From Lingula anatina (lineage: Eukaryota > Animalia > Brachiopoda), in assembly GCA_051362555.1 (NCBI GenBank), contig CM120640.1, forward strand, positions 25,964,225-26,028,224: a stretch of DNA of 64,000 bases. Direction: 5' to 3'. How positions within the stretch are numbered: position 1 is the stretch's first letter; each line of letters starts with the position of its first letter. Below the pieces are notes generated by a model. That model made no database searches, had not been told where the DNA came from, and was given only the letters and a program-made list of their open reading frames with translations. This document shows, piece after piece, positions 1-12,478 of the stretch. The translations under genes and the position numbers were made by a program.

Positions 1-889
1 AGGAGGTGCTCTGAAGTTTCAGAAGTTCAAATTTGATGAAATAATGTCATTTTTGAACACAAGTTGTCTGCTTTGCCAAGCCTTATGTTTTATTTTTCCA
101 GAGTTCAAAATTTATTATCCATTACCGTACTGCACATTTTGCTTTTACCACCAATATGTACTTTTTGATACTGCGTAACTCGAAAACCGTATGGAATACA
201 AAAAAACCGAGACCATCTCCAGTGTTGGGCTTTACATGCTCTACAAAATGCAAAAAAGAATTAGTCTCTAGCATTAACGGTTCCCGAATTAGAGACAGTT
301 TTCAGTTTCGGTATCTTATGGCCGCTACTCCCGTGAAAATGCACCGATTGACCCCAAATTCATGGAGATGAAAGATGACCTGAAGGGTAACACTTTCCAA
401 TAATATTATTGGTTAAGTCTGTGTGGTGTCTGAATAACAGGGCAAAAAAAATTTTTTTCGTAAAAAATTTCATTTTTTTGAAAATTTTGGCCCATTTGAC
501 CTTGAAGTAGAGGTCAAAGGTCAAATCCAAGGGTATATTTGAAATCTACACATATGACTTTTAGAAAGCCGTCTATAGAAATTTTTCCCATAACTCCTTC
601 CGTAGGGTAGATAATTAGCATTTAATTTTGCCATTTTTAGACAAGGGTGCATTGCAATGAGTGCCACACCCAGACCCCAATACCGACAAAGCCCAAATTT
701 TACGTGGAACGAGTTGAGATTATAGGTGACATAAATCCATGAGATGGGTACGGGGGCCCTTACCGTCTAGGAGGAGAAGCGGTAACGGTAGCCGTCCGGC
801 GGAGCCGGCGGAGCCAACGGAGCCGGCGGAACGATCCGGACGGGACCGAAACCATGTGTACCGCCAGCGCTAACGCTGGTGGTACAAAT
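1..889 (-). mobile_element. Helentron-associated non-autonomous element (HINE-like), partial; continues beyond window start
   Basis: About 290-889 is similar to 27410-28043. Terminal inverted repeat GTACCGCCAGCG-ctaa-CGCTGGTGGTAC at 858-885; 9-bp CGGAGCCRR repeats at about 797-830; TGACCTT/AAGGTCA motifs. The left boundary is uncertain. Confidence 0.7.
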
Positions 890-3800
890 TAAGATCATAA
901 GTTAGTTTCATTTTACCTTCCTACTATCAATACTGAATTCTAACACATCAGTCTCATGAAAAAGCATAGATATCTGCATCTGTTTAGTAACAATAAAAGC
1001 TTAGTGTTACATCATGTTGTCACAACACATACTTTATCATTTCAAATATTACCTTTGCCTCAATCAAGGTGGACCTTCAACCAAAACATAATTAGCAGCA
1101 CATCCTATCAAATCTGCCTCCAGGTAGGGTAAACCCTTATATCACAGTTGCATAATCTGAAGTGGTTACTTCCTGGGGTTAAGCTGTTTACTACCCAGAC
1201 TGACTCCATCAGATCTAAACAGTTTATAGATAGCTGATCACTAGGAGTAATCATCAACCTTTGATGGACTAGGCAAAAATAGCCAGGTAACACAAATCAT
1301 CAAAATCATGCCCTAAACTAAGCCATCTATAATACATTCAATTTGAAAAGAAATCTGAAAAAAAAACCTACATTTACATAATGTAACATATTAAGTTGGT
1401 GGTTTTCTGAGGAACTTATATTTGGAAAACAATTACACATTATCTTCAGGAATAATGTTATTCACTCATACTTTCAAAGTAAATTTCATTCTTAGATTAA
1501 GATTCATTAGATATACTTTTTACAAACTTGATGCGTAAAGATTTAATCCAAATATTGACTGTTATAGCCACTACTATTTCTTTTTCAGCCAGATACAAAA
1601 ACAGATAGATCAAATTTCACAATGATTTCTGTTATACATTAAAGATACCTTTTCCCCATAAAATGACAAATGTCAGTCATACAATGAGTTTTGTTTGACT
1701 AATATAACCTACCTTGCACAGACATGTTATACACATGCATAAATGTTCTACATGCAATAAAATGGTTCATACAGCAACATAAGTGGTGGATTTTTTGCAA
1801 TAAGCTAGGAGGTTGCAATAAAATATGCTTATGTGAATTATCAGGCAATGTGGGAGTAAACTTGCATGAAATAATATAAAAAAATATGTTGCAAACACAT
1901 TTATTTCCTGGTCTAGTTGCTGCCACTTATGTTGAGTAAGAGATGTTTGTCAATCCTTTGTTATCGTTTTGTATCTGGGTAACAAGACATTTGCTGTTAT
2001 ATAGATTTAAAAGTGATAAGGTAAAACTGAATTTTCATGTTATATTTTTCCTGAAAAATAAAAACAAATCATCTGACCTGTTAAAATGAGAAAAAGTCAC
2101 TTAAACATTGCACAAAACAACCTGTTCCATCTAGTCAAGCAATAATACCTTGGGTTATATTCTAAGCTACAAAACTTTAAGACAGATCCAGTTTACCATT
2201 TGCTTATAAATGTAATTTTTACCTGCTATATTCTTGGGCTTTTCAATGAGCCTACATTTTTTTGTGGCTTTGCTTCCATTCTGACGTTCAAGTTTGTCAA
2301 CCAGCTCTGCACATGTTCTCCTCATCAAGTGGACTGTGCCAGCTTGTGCTCTGTCAACAATCATAAGAACAAAATCAAATTTGTTGACATGAACTCACGC
2401 ATAGGTCGAACAATACTTCAAAGTTCATTCTTTCTGAATCTCAGAGCTTCCTTTACCTTTCTTCAGTTCTCTAAACAATAGTGCATAATCAGCTGTGCTT
2501 TATCAACAGAGGCAGGATGGGTAAGAATTCTAGGAGAGTTTGGTAAACAAAAACCTGGTACCCACACTGCAGTTTAATGTTTATGCATCTGATAAAATCC
2601 CCGTAACTCCAGCTCAACTTCCACAGAATTAAGTATTTAGCAACAGCTCTTACAACTAACCTGTATCTTTTGTAGTCTTTAAAGGATGCCAAGTGCACAA
2701 TTTATTCTGCCCAGGCAACATCATATATGCTAAACATACCTTTCAATTGTATCGCAATTTACAGGTCGCACCTTCTTTCACAAGTCACCTGGATATGCTA
2801 GGTGGTCCCATTGTCAGGGTGTCAAACACGTGCATTTGGCATTCATGAAACATAATGTCTTCATGCTTGAAAAAAAAATATGATGCATGTTATATTTGCA
2901 GTGAAAACAAAAATCCATAACCTAAACTTAACAAATTTTTCACTACAATATATTATAACATGTATGATGCTAAATCTTGTTAAACTACATTTTCATTTAA
3001 ATTAAACATTAAATAATGATCAAAATAATTATTGCTACAAATAACGCCTTACTCGATCAGGTGGGTCAGATGGCCACAGACTTATTCAATGAGACATGCT
3101 CAGCAAACAAACTAAGCTTTTGCCTCTTGTAATGGAGCCAATTTACTGATTTACTTAATATTTTGCTTGATAATAAATGTGAATTTAAAACTGTACTGGG
3201 CAAAGTCAACAGGCATTATCGTGTAGGGATCATGAGTGCCATTTGAGCTAATGACAATATTTTCTTACCAGGCAGTTTTAACTGGCATAGGAAATACCAT
3301 AGTGCAGTAGATGAAACCGAACCTTTCAAAGGCACCAATTAAATTTGGGAGTAGTTTGCACTGGATTCATACATTATGCTAAACAGCAGTTTTTATGTGA
3401 GAATAACAAAAAATTAACAGAACTTGTCACATAAACAAAAATATGAAAATTTTATCCTTCATATATCGACAACAGCATGTCTATATTGCAGCTTACTTAA
3501 AAGTTTGTGCATTGAATAATTGAACACAAAATCAGCTTAACACAAAAATTGGAATTTGAAATCAAATTCATTATAGCATACCTTTTAATTGGGTTAATAA
3601 ATTAATAAAAGAAAAAGAAAGAAAGAAAGTGAAATTTTCTTTGCTAGAACAGGAAAATATCAAAATTTGTTTGGCCTCAAAAATACACTTTTATTGTAAT
3701 AATGACACTTTGGTATCTTAAAAGATACAAAAAAAATCAAAACATTCTGAAATGAATTCAAGGTTTTATTTTTTGCAAATCTAAAAATACATAATGAGCA

Positions 3801-4420
3801 TGAGCACATCTGTGTACATTTCTTTAACACAATTTTACACAACTTGAATAAAATCCACATGCCAAAAAATAACAAAAATTAATCACTTGGTCAGTCAAAA
3901 GTAAAAAAAATGGCTTTAAATTTCTGATTGTTAACTTATTCTACTTTCCAGTATATCCCTCACCAGTTTGTGATAAAACAAGAAATTAAACAAAAGGAAA
4001 TAACGAAACAAAACAACTTTATTTACAAATGATATACTTCAAAGTGCAACGTGGACACACAGTTATTCCTATATGTGGATATTTATAGTGTTGAAAGGTT
4101 TGAAACACCGGGTGTTATGAGGCCTAAGCTGCAGTACGAACGTTACATGTAAGGCCAAAAACTGAAGCAAGCCTAGCATGCAAGCCTGAAAACTGAGTCA
4201 AAAATTTGGTCTGGTAAAAATGTGACATCACATGGTAAAAAGTTATAAAACATATTTCTTAATTTTAAAATCTTACTGTTTAACATTATATGTTGCAAGA
4301 ACTTTTTTCCAAAATATACCCTGGCCCTTTTGGGACCCGAAAGAAATAATTTTTTTAATCGTTACTCCAAAACGGTTGAGGGGAATAACAGTAGTAATTT
4401 TATTTTTAATGTAAACTTTA

Positions 4421-4700
4421 CTTGTAGCTCTCTTCGACCAGACACCACCAAAAGCAACCACAAGCTGCGAGCACCACTAAGCACAACAACAACATTAATA
4501 ACAACAAAACACACACACACACTTGGTTGCTATGAATGCTCGTGCTAAATGTATCTTGAAACATTAAACTATTTTACTTTTTATTTATCTTGTAAACGAT
4601 TTGCCTGAATTGTCTTACCCTCGACCCTCAGGCACCAAACATCACACCAAAATACACATCTTGGCTCGTCTTGGAAACAATAAAAACAGAAATCATATCA
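4421..4700 (-). other. Putative non-coding 5' exons of an unidentified gene divergent from HAUS1
   Basis: Minus-strand donor GAGG|GTAAGA at about 4619 and a second donor CAA|GTAAAG at about 4429, immediately upstream of the HAUS1 promoter. No coding exon could be assigned. Confidence 0.35.
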
Positions 4701-4879
4701 TTGGAAAATAAAAATTGACGGGAAGCCATTCAATTTGAAAATTGAATTGGTTTCTTTGAAGCAAAATTTCATCTCTTTGATTTTATTACATACCTTCTGT
4801 GAATGTTTTCTTATCAAATCATAGCTATATATATTACACTTTTCCGGACTTAAATCTTAGTTTGACGCTAACCTCTGGC

Positions 4880-4889
4880 ATGACGTCAT
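4880..4889. promoter_or_regulatory. CRE/ATF palindrome ATGACGTCAT in the HAUS1 promoter
   Basis: Perfect palindrome containing TGACGTCA about 100 bp upstream of the HAUS1 ATG, in a locally CpG-retaining stretch. Confidence 0.55.
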
Positions 4890-4980
4890 TGTGCGCAAAA
4901 TTGGGAGCGAACCACTGAGTGGACCGCCTGAAATGTCTACAGAAGTTTGTTGAAGTAAAATGCCGTGGGTGTAAATTACC

Positions 4981-7900
4981 ATGACGTTAAACGACAAGCA
5001 TCGCCAGGTAATACTTATTTACATTAAAACAACAATTTGATAACGACCTCGCAGTGTACCGTTCAATATAGATTTACAGGCTTTACTCTCTGCACGGTAT
5101 GTATGGCCAGTGTTGCCAGTATCATTCACACTGTCTGGCACAGTAGTCCGTCTTGGCCTTTCAGACACTGTACTGGATAAGTATTGTGTACACTACCTGG
5201 TACAGTAATCTTACCTTTTAATCCAGTTCTCTCTGCACTTGTTCTCCCCTGATCCTCCCCCCCCCTCCTGTTATGTGGCCTCATAGTTTGAGGCTCAATA
5301 TGAGGTGAACGCTTCTGTATTTTCCTGGTGGACTCCCATGCACCACGTTACCCTGCAGCACAGAACCCTGCTGTCCAGGAAGTTGAGGATTGAGGTACTA
5401 GAGGGGCGTCTTCCAATTCCTCTAAATGACTGCTACTATCTTCAAATAGCTGATTATTCTGTTTAAAGTTAAAAGTTAAATTCTAACACTTGTCATGGCA
5501 ACTTGCAGAGGTTTCTAGAATATCTGGGATGATATTGCCCTATGTCTTATTGCTACTATGGCCTTACCTATCATATGCTTGATGCTACTTTCTCCATATT
5601 TTTATAATGCAAATATATAGTCAATCATAGCATCATCATTTGATGGAGGCACGTTACTGAGATACATTTCACAACATTTATCTTTAGCTTTATAAATCAT
5701 GATGAGTTTAATCTTATAACATGTGCACTTTTCTTGCTAACTCACCAATAACTGTTATAAACTGGCATGCACTATGTTCTCCACATCCTTCCAAAATAAA
5801 TTTTCACAATTGGATGTAATGAAAGGTTTTTGATATTATTTACATTGACACATGATTGTCAGTACAGTTGTGCTCTATGTATTGTTCTACATGCAAGTTG
5901 GAATTTCATTTTCTATTGCCCATATTTGTAGATGGTGTCTTGTTCAAATTTTCAGGCCATTCACCTCATTCCTAACCCTTTCCAGTAGTCAGGAAACATT
6001 AAAAAAAACTAATTTATATTTTGTTTAATAGGTTCGTGTTTGGTTGGAAAAGCTTTATGCTGGTGATCCTATTCCGCAGTATGAGATTAGCCAGAGACCT
6101 GTAGAAATTCTCTATGAGCTCATGCTGAAGAACGAACAGAATGATAGATGTGCACAGCTCCTGATAGAAGATGACAGACAAAAAGCTGAAGAGTACAATT
6201 TGGAAGGTACTAGTAACTTGTGCTTCAAATTATTGTATATGATAAATAATGTTAATTATATTATCACTTTTGTGAGGGACTTTTCGATATAGAAAACAAA
6301 GAGGATATAAAATGTCTTTATATCATCTCTTTTTAAGACATTTATAAAGAGTTGCACATATGAGTTCTTAGAATAAGTATAAGCTTTTGCTATAAACACA
6401 AGTAATTAAAGAATTGATAACTTTGCAGCTGTCAGGCTTGCTGGAATACTGCAAGAGATTGGACTGACCACAAGCAGCTTGTCTAAGTCTGGCCTTGTCA
6501 GCCTTCGCACACTTACCAGTGTGGCACAGTTATTAGAAATCAAAGATGCTTGTGATACAAGGTAATAATTGATTGAAACATATTGACATCTAAGCTCTTC
6601 TTTCAACATGATTTTAGTGATCACTGACAAGTAGGAGAGGGGGACTGAGACCTTAAAAAAAATAAAAAGGAAAGAAAGGAAAATGGGGAGGGGGATTTTG
6701 CCACATGCCCACTCAAAGATCTGGAAAAAAAATCCTCTTACTAACACTGCAGTATTCCCCAATCTAATTTTTTTTTTTGGTGGAGAGTTGGAAAATTCTC
6801 TCCCGCTTCCACCTTTCTACATCTTCCAAAGATGATAAGATTTCACTCATAACTGATAATATAGACATGCCAGACACTGTTTTAAATTGTAATCAAGCAT
6901 TTAACATAGTCATCATTTCTGACTAATAATGTGTGGATTGTTTTTTTTTCCTAAAAACATATTTTTGTAAAGAAAAAGAATTAATTCTGCACCATTTTAT
7001 ACTGAGAATAATATAATTTTTCTTGATTTTCAGATGTTTTATTCATTTTTTTATAAAAAAGTTTTAAGTATTTGATTAAGAAGTGTAGGCTGTGCAGATC
7101 TTTTATATGGAAACTAACCATATATTTCCTTTTCTCATTAAGTTTTCTGTTGGGCATCAGCGAAATTTCCCAAGCTCAGATGAAGATATCAGAAGCAAGA
7201 AATGCTGAACAGAAGCAAACAGGACAACTGATTTCCCAAACCAACTCGGCTCTTCACAAAACGGCTGCACTGAAAAAGTATGTTTAAACTAACAGGTTAT
7301 TAATATTTCTATACAAATTCATAGTTGCATAGACCAGGTAGTTAGTTTATGCAGTCACTTTGGCTTTCTGAATGTAGACTCAACTAAATAAGAGTGACTA
7401 TTAAATTACAAATTTTATATGATATATAGTAAGTAACTAATCTTATGATAGCTTAGTTGGTTAAAGTTGGGTGTTTGCATGTCAACCAGTTACAAAATGC
7501 TGAAAACTTGTTATAGGACAATACATAATTTGAAGGAACAAGCAAAATACCAAGGGCCTGACCTAGAGAAAAAGGCTAAGCAAGCTGGTTTCTTGCAGAG
7601 CAAAGCTCGTGAATATAAAGGACATATACAGAAATATCAGGTAAAACAAATTTTTGCCATGATATCAGTAAGTTTGGGCATATTATGATTACTACAGGTG
7701 TTTCAAAGTTTTTGCTCCATAAAATACATAGAAGAGGTGATGATAATGATTTGTACTTTCTGTAAATGCTATTATAGACTTGATTATAAATTAATAGTGT
7801 AATATCTGATATTGCAGTTTAGGATAGTCTCTGATATTTTGTTTTCTTAGGAGATAAGGCTGCGTAAAATAATTTTTCTGAAATTATTTTCAATATTTCT

Positions 7901-10239
7901 GTTTTTAGACCACACTATCTCAGAGTGGTATGGAACCACATCTATATCATCAAGCACTGGGAAAGAAGGCTGAGGTAGCAATAACCTCTTTATCAAAGAG
8001 TATCACTTGATATTTGACTAAAGTAGGGTCGATTAGATTTGATAGAAACTGAAAATTATGTAGAAAAAAATGAGTGAAAGTGTAACATAGTTAATCTGAG
8101 TTGCTTTTCGACTAAAAATAAGTTAAAATATGTTAAAGAAATCAAAACATTTTTTCTTGCAGGAATTGCAACAGCTGAAAGCCAAACTTGGGCCATTACG
8201 ATTAAAGCTGGATGGATATCATAGACTTCCTCCTGTAAGTGTTTTGTCATCATAGTTTTTGGCACTGACCTGAAGTATCAGGATTTATATAGTTTTCTCA
8301 ATGCAGTTTGAAATATTCTGTACTTTGTTCTTGTCTTGATATTAGTTGTGTCGTTGTGAGAGAAGAATTGCAGGAATTGGTGGTCTGCTACTCCAGCCGA
8401 AAAATAGGCTATAGATAATGTTTCCTTAGCCAGGAAGACAAAAATGTTTCTATAGTATGACAGAGCTGGAAACATTGGGTAAATGAATGGAGTGAAAAAC
8501 CTTGGTGTTTTATTAAGTTAGACCACGTTCTCAGACATATATAGATCCAACAGGATCGATCTAACTCCATGGGGATTCATGCTAAATTGCAACCTTTTTA
8601 AGCAGCTTAAATGTCTAGCAAAGCAGCTAGGGAGTTACTAACTTTCATGCACTTGGCCTCCAGTAGCTACCTGGACACACATGCACACTATTTGCACTCT
8701 AGCTGAAGTAAAGTGACGGAAAGAAGGGAGAAGAAAGTCGCATGAGAGTTTTTTATTGCTGTTGTTGTGAGTGTATTGTACAGTGCAGTGTCTCTGTTTT
8801 AAGTCCCATTCAACTGAACTACAAGTTGCAGTGACTCTGTGGATAAAATATAAGACCATTTTACACGTTTGGTATTGGGAGGTCCTCAGCCTTGCAATAT
8901 CCAGAGAAACAATTGATGCCACTGCAAAACATCTAGCCCTCAAGTTCATCCAAATGTCTACTGGTAGAAGACTGGAAAGCATTGTGCAGGGGTTTGAGGA
9001 AAGATGGGTAGTCCCACAGTGTGCTGGGGTGGTATATGATAATATTTGGCTGAGAGGTACATCGAAGTTAATACTCTTAATATTTTATTATGTGAACAAA
9101 AGATATGAAACAATTGTGCAGGTTATTGACAAAGCACTTAACATAAGCAAGCAAAAATTTTCCCATATTTATGCAAATCTCTCATAATTGACATTGGAAC
9201 CTACTCTGTCAGCTCTCGGACTCTACTGCAGTTACAGTCAATCGTATTCTGGCAAAACAGTTGCATCAGGCTTTCATTTAAATTCTTATTTGAAGGCAGT
9301 GAAACCAACTTATTTTAAAGATCTAGTTGTTCCGTCTACTCCAACAAGAAATTCACAGTGTATCAGCTTATATTGAAACTGTAAAAATCCTGTAAAAAAA
9401 TGTCTTAAAACCTATTCAGGAAAGGCACTTTTTGACCAATTCAATTGAATAGAATGGAATATGGTATCAGTTGAACTCCTCTCAATTTTAAAAGACTTCT
9501 AATCAATTCATTTTTTAAGTATAATATTTTTTACTTGTAATTGGTTCTGTATAAGAATACTGCAATGCTGACAGTTGTGTGTGAAATTGCTTTTTGTTGG
9601 ATTATTTTCTGTTTATTTATTTATTAAATTATTTTTCAATTATCTTTGTTATGGTGCAAGAATTTGTAACTGGACTAAAACAAAAAAAAAAGTGTTTGGT
9701 GATGCTCCAGGTTATTTGTGTGTCCATTGTTAAGCTAGCAACATTTTGGAAATAAATTGTCTTCAGTTGATTAAAATTTATTTTACAATTGCCATTTTAC
9801 CTTTTCTTTAAGCTACAATTCCTGAAGTCTTATGTTTTACCTAATTATAGACAACCTTATTGTCTTATTTTTCCTCTAATCTGTTTATATAAACTACTGA
9901 ATCATTACGTTAAATTGTTTTTACATCTTAATTTTTTTGTTCTTGTGTTTTTCTTTTCCAGAACATTTCTATGGCTAAAGTAAAAATTGAAGAAGTGAAA
10001 AGAGACCTGGTAAGTTGAAATTCTATGTATAAAGTTAAAATTGAAGAAGTTAAAAGAGAGCTCGTAAGTTGAACACTTTTGTTTTAATGGTATGCAAATC
10101 ATGAAAAATGGTTTACAAATTAGGAGTTAAGGCATTAAAATTCCCAATGAAAATTTGCTTTTTATAGTTTTTTTTTCTTCCATAGGCTGTATTAGAAGCA
10201 GAGCTGGCAAAGCGCATTGATTCAATGCACATGCTGTAG
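4981..10239 (+). CDS. HAUS1: HAUS augmin-like complex subunit 1 (9 coding exons)
   Basis: GT-AG exons with consistent phases: 4981-5007, 6032-6206, 6429-6561, 7143-7277, 7517-7640, 7909-7974, 8163-8234, 9962-10009, 10186-10239. Translation MTLNDKHRQVRVWLEKLYAGDPIPQYEI...LIEDDRQKAEEY...FLQSKAREY...LKLDGYHRLPPNISMAKVKIEEVKRDLAVLEAELAKRIDSMHML* matches the HAUS1 motifs WLKK..PIPQYE, EDLKQKASEY and VKIEEAKREL. Confidence 0.93.
8521..9035 (+). mobile_element. Degenerate PIF/Harbinger element with transposase (HARBI1/DDE_Tnp_4-like) fragment, in HAUS1 intron 7
   Basis: About 8800-9035 encodes, with frameshifts, LQVAVTLW..YKTILHV/GIGRSSA../KHLALKFIQMSTGRRLESIVQGFEERWVVPQCAG, typical of the Harbinger nuclease N-terminal region (GFEERWGFPQCAGAIDG). 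8521-8640 resembles the subterminal sequence of the MITEs at 23.5 kb, 28.2 kb and 29.7 kb. Confidence 0.8.
9967..10074 (+). repeat. 54-bp tandem duplication of HAUS1 exon 8 plus its splice donor
   Basis: Unit 1 (9967-10020) ttctatggctaaagtaaaaattgaagaagtgaaaagagacctggtaagttgaaa; unit 2 (10021-10074) ttctatgtataaagttaaaattgaagaagttaaaagagagctcgtaagttgaac. Confidence 0.9.
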
Positions 10240-10647
10240 TACATAACAAACCCAGAGTTATGCAACCAGCAAAGCCAAAGTCAAACAAAACTGCATAAGA
10301 GCCTTTAGACTGAGATGTTATTTAAAAGGTACAATTGGTGAACTGTTTCTGTCAAGATAAAACTTTTTTTGATTGTTTGATTAGCAGCATGAAGATGTCA
10401 TGGTAAGAAATACTTTAACTACATGTTACAATGTGAAGAAATGGGGAATTTCATAATGAGGAGCACAAGTTTATAATGGCAAGATATGGCTATGAATTTA
10501 ATTTGAGCGAAAAGAAATTTTAAAAAGAACTCAAAAATTCTGTTAGATTTTAAAAAGTTAGATTTTGAATGAATTGAGTTGTTGTTGAAAATAAAGGAAT
10601 GGAACTCCAGAATCTTTTGAAACTGAGCAATTTAAACCCATAAACTG

Positions 10648-10648
<1 letters not shown>

Positions 10649-10691
<43 letters not shown>
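10649..10691. repeat. poly(T) tract
   Basis: Run of about 43 T downstream of the HAUS1 stop codon. Confidence 0.95.
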
Positions 10692-10692
<1 letters not shown>

Positions 10693-11369
10693 TCTTTGTA
10701 ACCATCTATGAACCATATAGCATTGTGCTACTGGGTAAGCTGTACTGGTTGTTCTATTGACTGTTCTATTTGTGAAATCAAAGAACTGCTGCATCTGTTT
10801 ACATAACTTATCACCAGTATTAATTTTGATACATTATTTGTGTCAGTAAACTCATTTCGAATACAGCAAGGAGAACTGTCAGAAGATTATGTCCAGCACA
10901 TCCTAGCGTTTTCGCCAATAACTTCAAAATGTTAAGAAGTGATATTTCATTTATTTGTAATTTATCTCCAACTCGATTTTACAGTTGACATAAATAAGTT
11001 TTAGCCAACGGGCTAAAAAGGAAAATGCATTGAAATGAAATTAGTTTGCTTGGCACAAATGAAAGGCATTTGGAATTCCATTGTTGTGTTATGAAAAGAC
11101 CATGACATAATAGCATTGCTGTCATTCAAATTCCATTGGATAGATGGCAGCATATACACTACTTCTGGCATGAGTGTCAATAGAGGAAATAATCAGTCAA
11201 CATCTCATGTTGAGCCGTGGTCTAGTGGGGTTATCCACTGAGCCTAAAGCATTGGACTACCCTATCCCAAACCTGCAGGGGACCCGTACCTGTAGGGGGG
11301 TAACCTGCTGGACTAATTTGACACTCATCATTTTTATGGTCTATTTTATCAACAGTATGTATACCAAAG

Positions 11370-11448
11370 TAAGATTGGTAAATTATGTGTAATTGATTGC
11401 ATGCCAATGTAAAGGACCACAGTTCAAATCCTGGCTGGCTGCTTTTTC
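11370..11448 (+). pseudogene. Possible degenerate tRNA-derived relic (tRNA pseudogene or SINE head)
   Basis: B-box-like GTTCAAATCC at about 11422 followed by TGGCTGGCTGC and a T-run, with an upstream GCC anticodon-like context. No intact cloverleaf. Confidence 0.25.
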
Positions 11449-11884
11449 AAGAAAAAAAATTCCTTCCTTTTTAATATTGTTTTTAGACAATAATACAAAA
11501 ACTAAGTATTAAAAGTCATAAGTAAAAAAAAAAAAAACTTTTTTTCTTCAAAATGTTTTTTCCCTCGATTAAGTTTTGAGTCCATTTAAATTGAATCCAT
11601 TAAAAGTTTGTTTTTTTTTTATTTAAAAGTAAGTAGACAATGTGATAATCTGATCGGGCTTGTTTTTAAACTCGGCCTGTATTTTAGTAATATTCACAAG
11701 TTTGTAGACAATGGGTCAAATTGTTCCCTACTTAATGCGTTATCTGATATATGTTGAAAAAAGCAAAGAGGCAAGATAAATTCCAGTATATTCAGATAAT
11801 TTTTACAATTTTCTAGACCATTATCCCATAAGTGCCAAACAATGTTTTTTTGTCACAAAAAAAAAAAAAAAAAAAAAAAAAAAT

Positions 11885-12478
11885 TGCCACAAAAGCCAAC
11901 CAAATGCAAGCATATTGTATCAAATAGTATAACTATGAGAATTGCCAAAAGGCATTGTTTAATATTACCTGAAAAATGATATTTGAGCTGATTTTTCTGC
12001 TTGCTTTCTATGCTGTATATAAATGGGGCAGAAAAGTAGGTCAGATAAGTAGGTTAAAGGGATAATAACTCTTCGTATGAGATCTATATTTCACAATAAG
12101 AACATTGAAATATAATATATTGTTTTACAAAAAAAAGGCAGTTATAGTTATTTTTCTGCTATGTCAGCTCTGCTTTAGACCATGTGACCTCCATTGATGC
12201 CTATACTCTGTTATAATCTCTTAAGAGATTATAACAAAAAACCAAACTTAGAAAAAAACCAGGGACTAACTTTGAATGTAAAAATGGATTCATTAACCAT
12301 TGGTAAGTATGGGAAAATTGTTGTTTACTCCAGGAAAATTCACTTTTTGACCAAAATGAAGAGTTATTATCCCTTTTAAATTTCTAACTAAAAATTTAAA
12401 AATAAAGCTCTTATATGGCTGATTGAGTGATTTATTCATGATTAAGTGATTTATTCATGTTTGAGTGATTTATTCAGT
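11885..12478 (-). mobile_element. Fragment of a repeat family (reverse complement of about 29390-29630), interrupted by a Kolobok-type MITE
   Basis: ttgccacaaaagccaaccaaatgc...gcagaaaagtagg and atttct...tatggctgattgagtgatttattca are reverse-complement matches to 29390-29630. It ends in a 19-bp x3 tandem TGAGTGATTTATTCA. Confidence 0.7.
12058..12374. mobile_element. Kolobok-type MITE (TTAA target, AGG..CCT termini)
   Basis: TIR AGGGATAATAACTCTTC / GAAGAGTTATTATCCCT flanked by TTAA and TTTAA; an inverted sister copy lies at 17773-18105. Confidence 0.85.

Noticed and set aside
7737-7812. Possible C/D-box snoRNA in HAUS1 intron 5 (GTGATGA...CTGA)
   Set aside because: No terminal stem or recognisable rRNA-complementary guide; the motifs are common in AT-rich DNA.
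12420-12478. Three 19-bp direct repeats, superficially CRISPR-like
   Set aside because: Head-to-tail with no unique spacers, eukaryotic context, and part of a transposon fragment.
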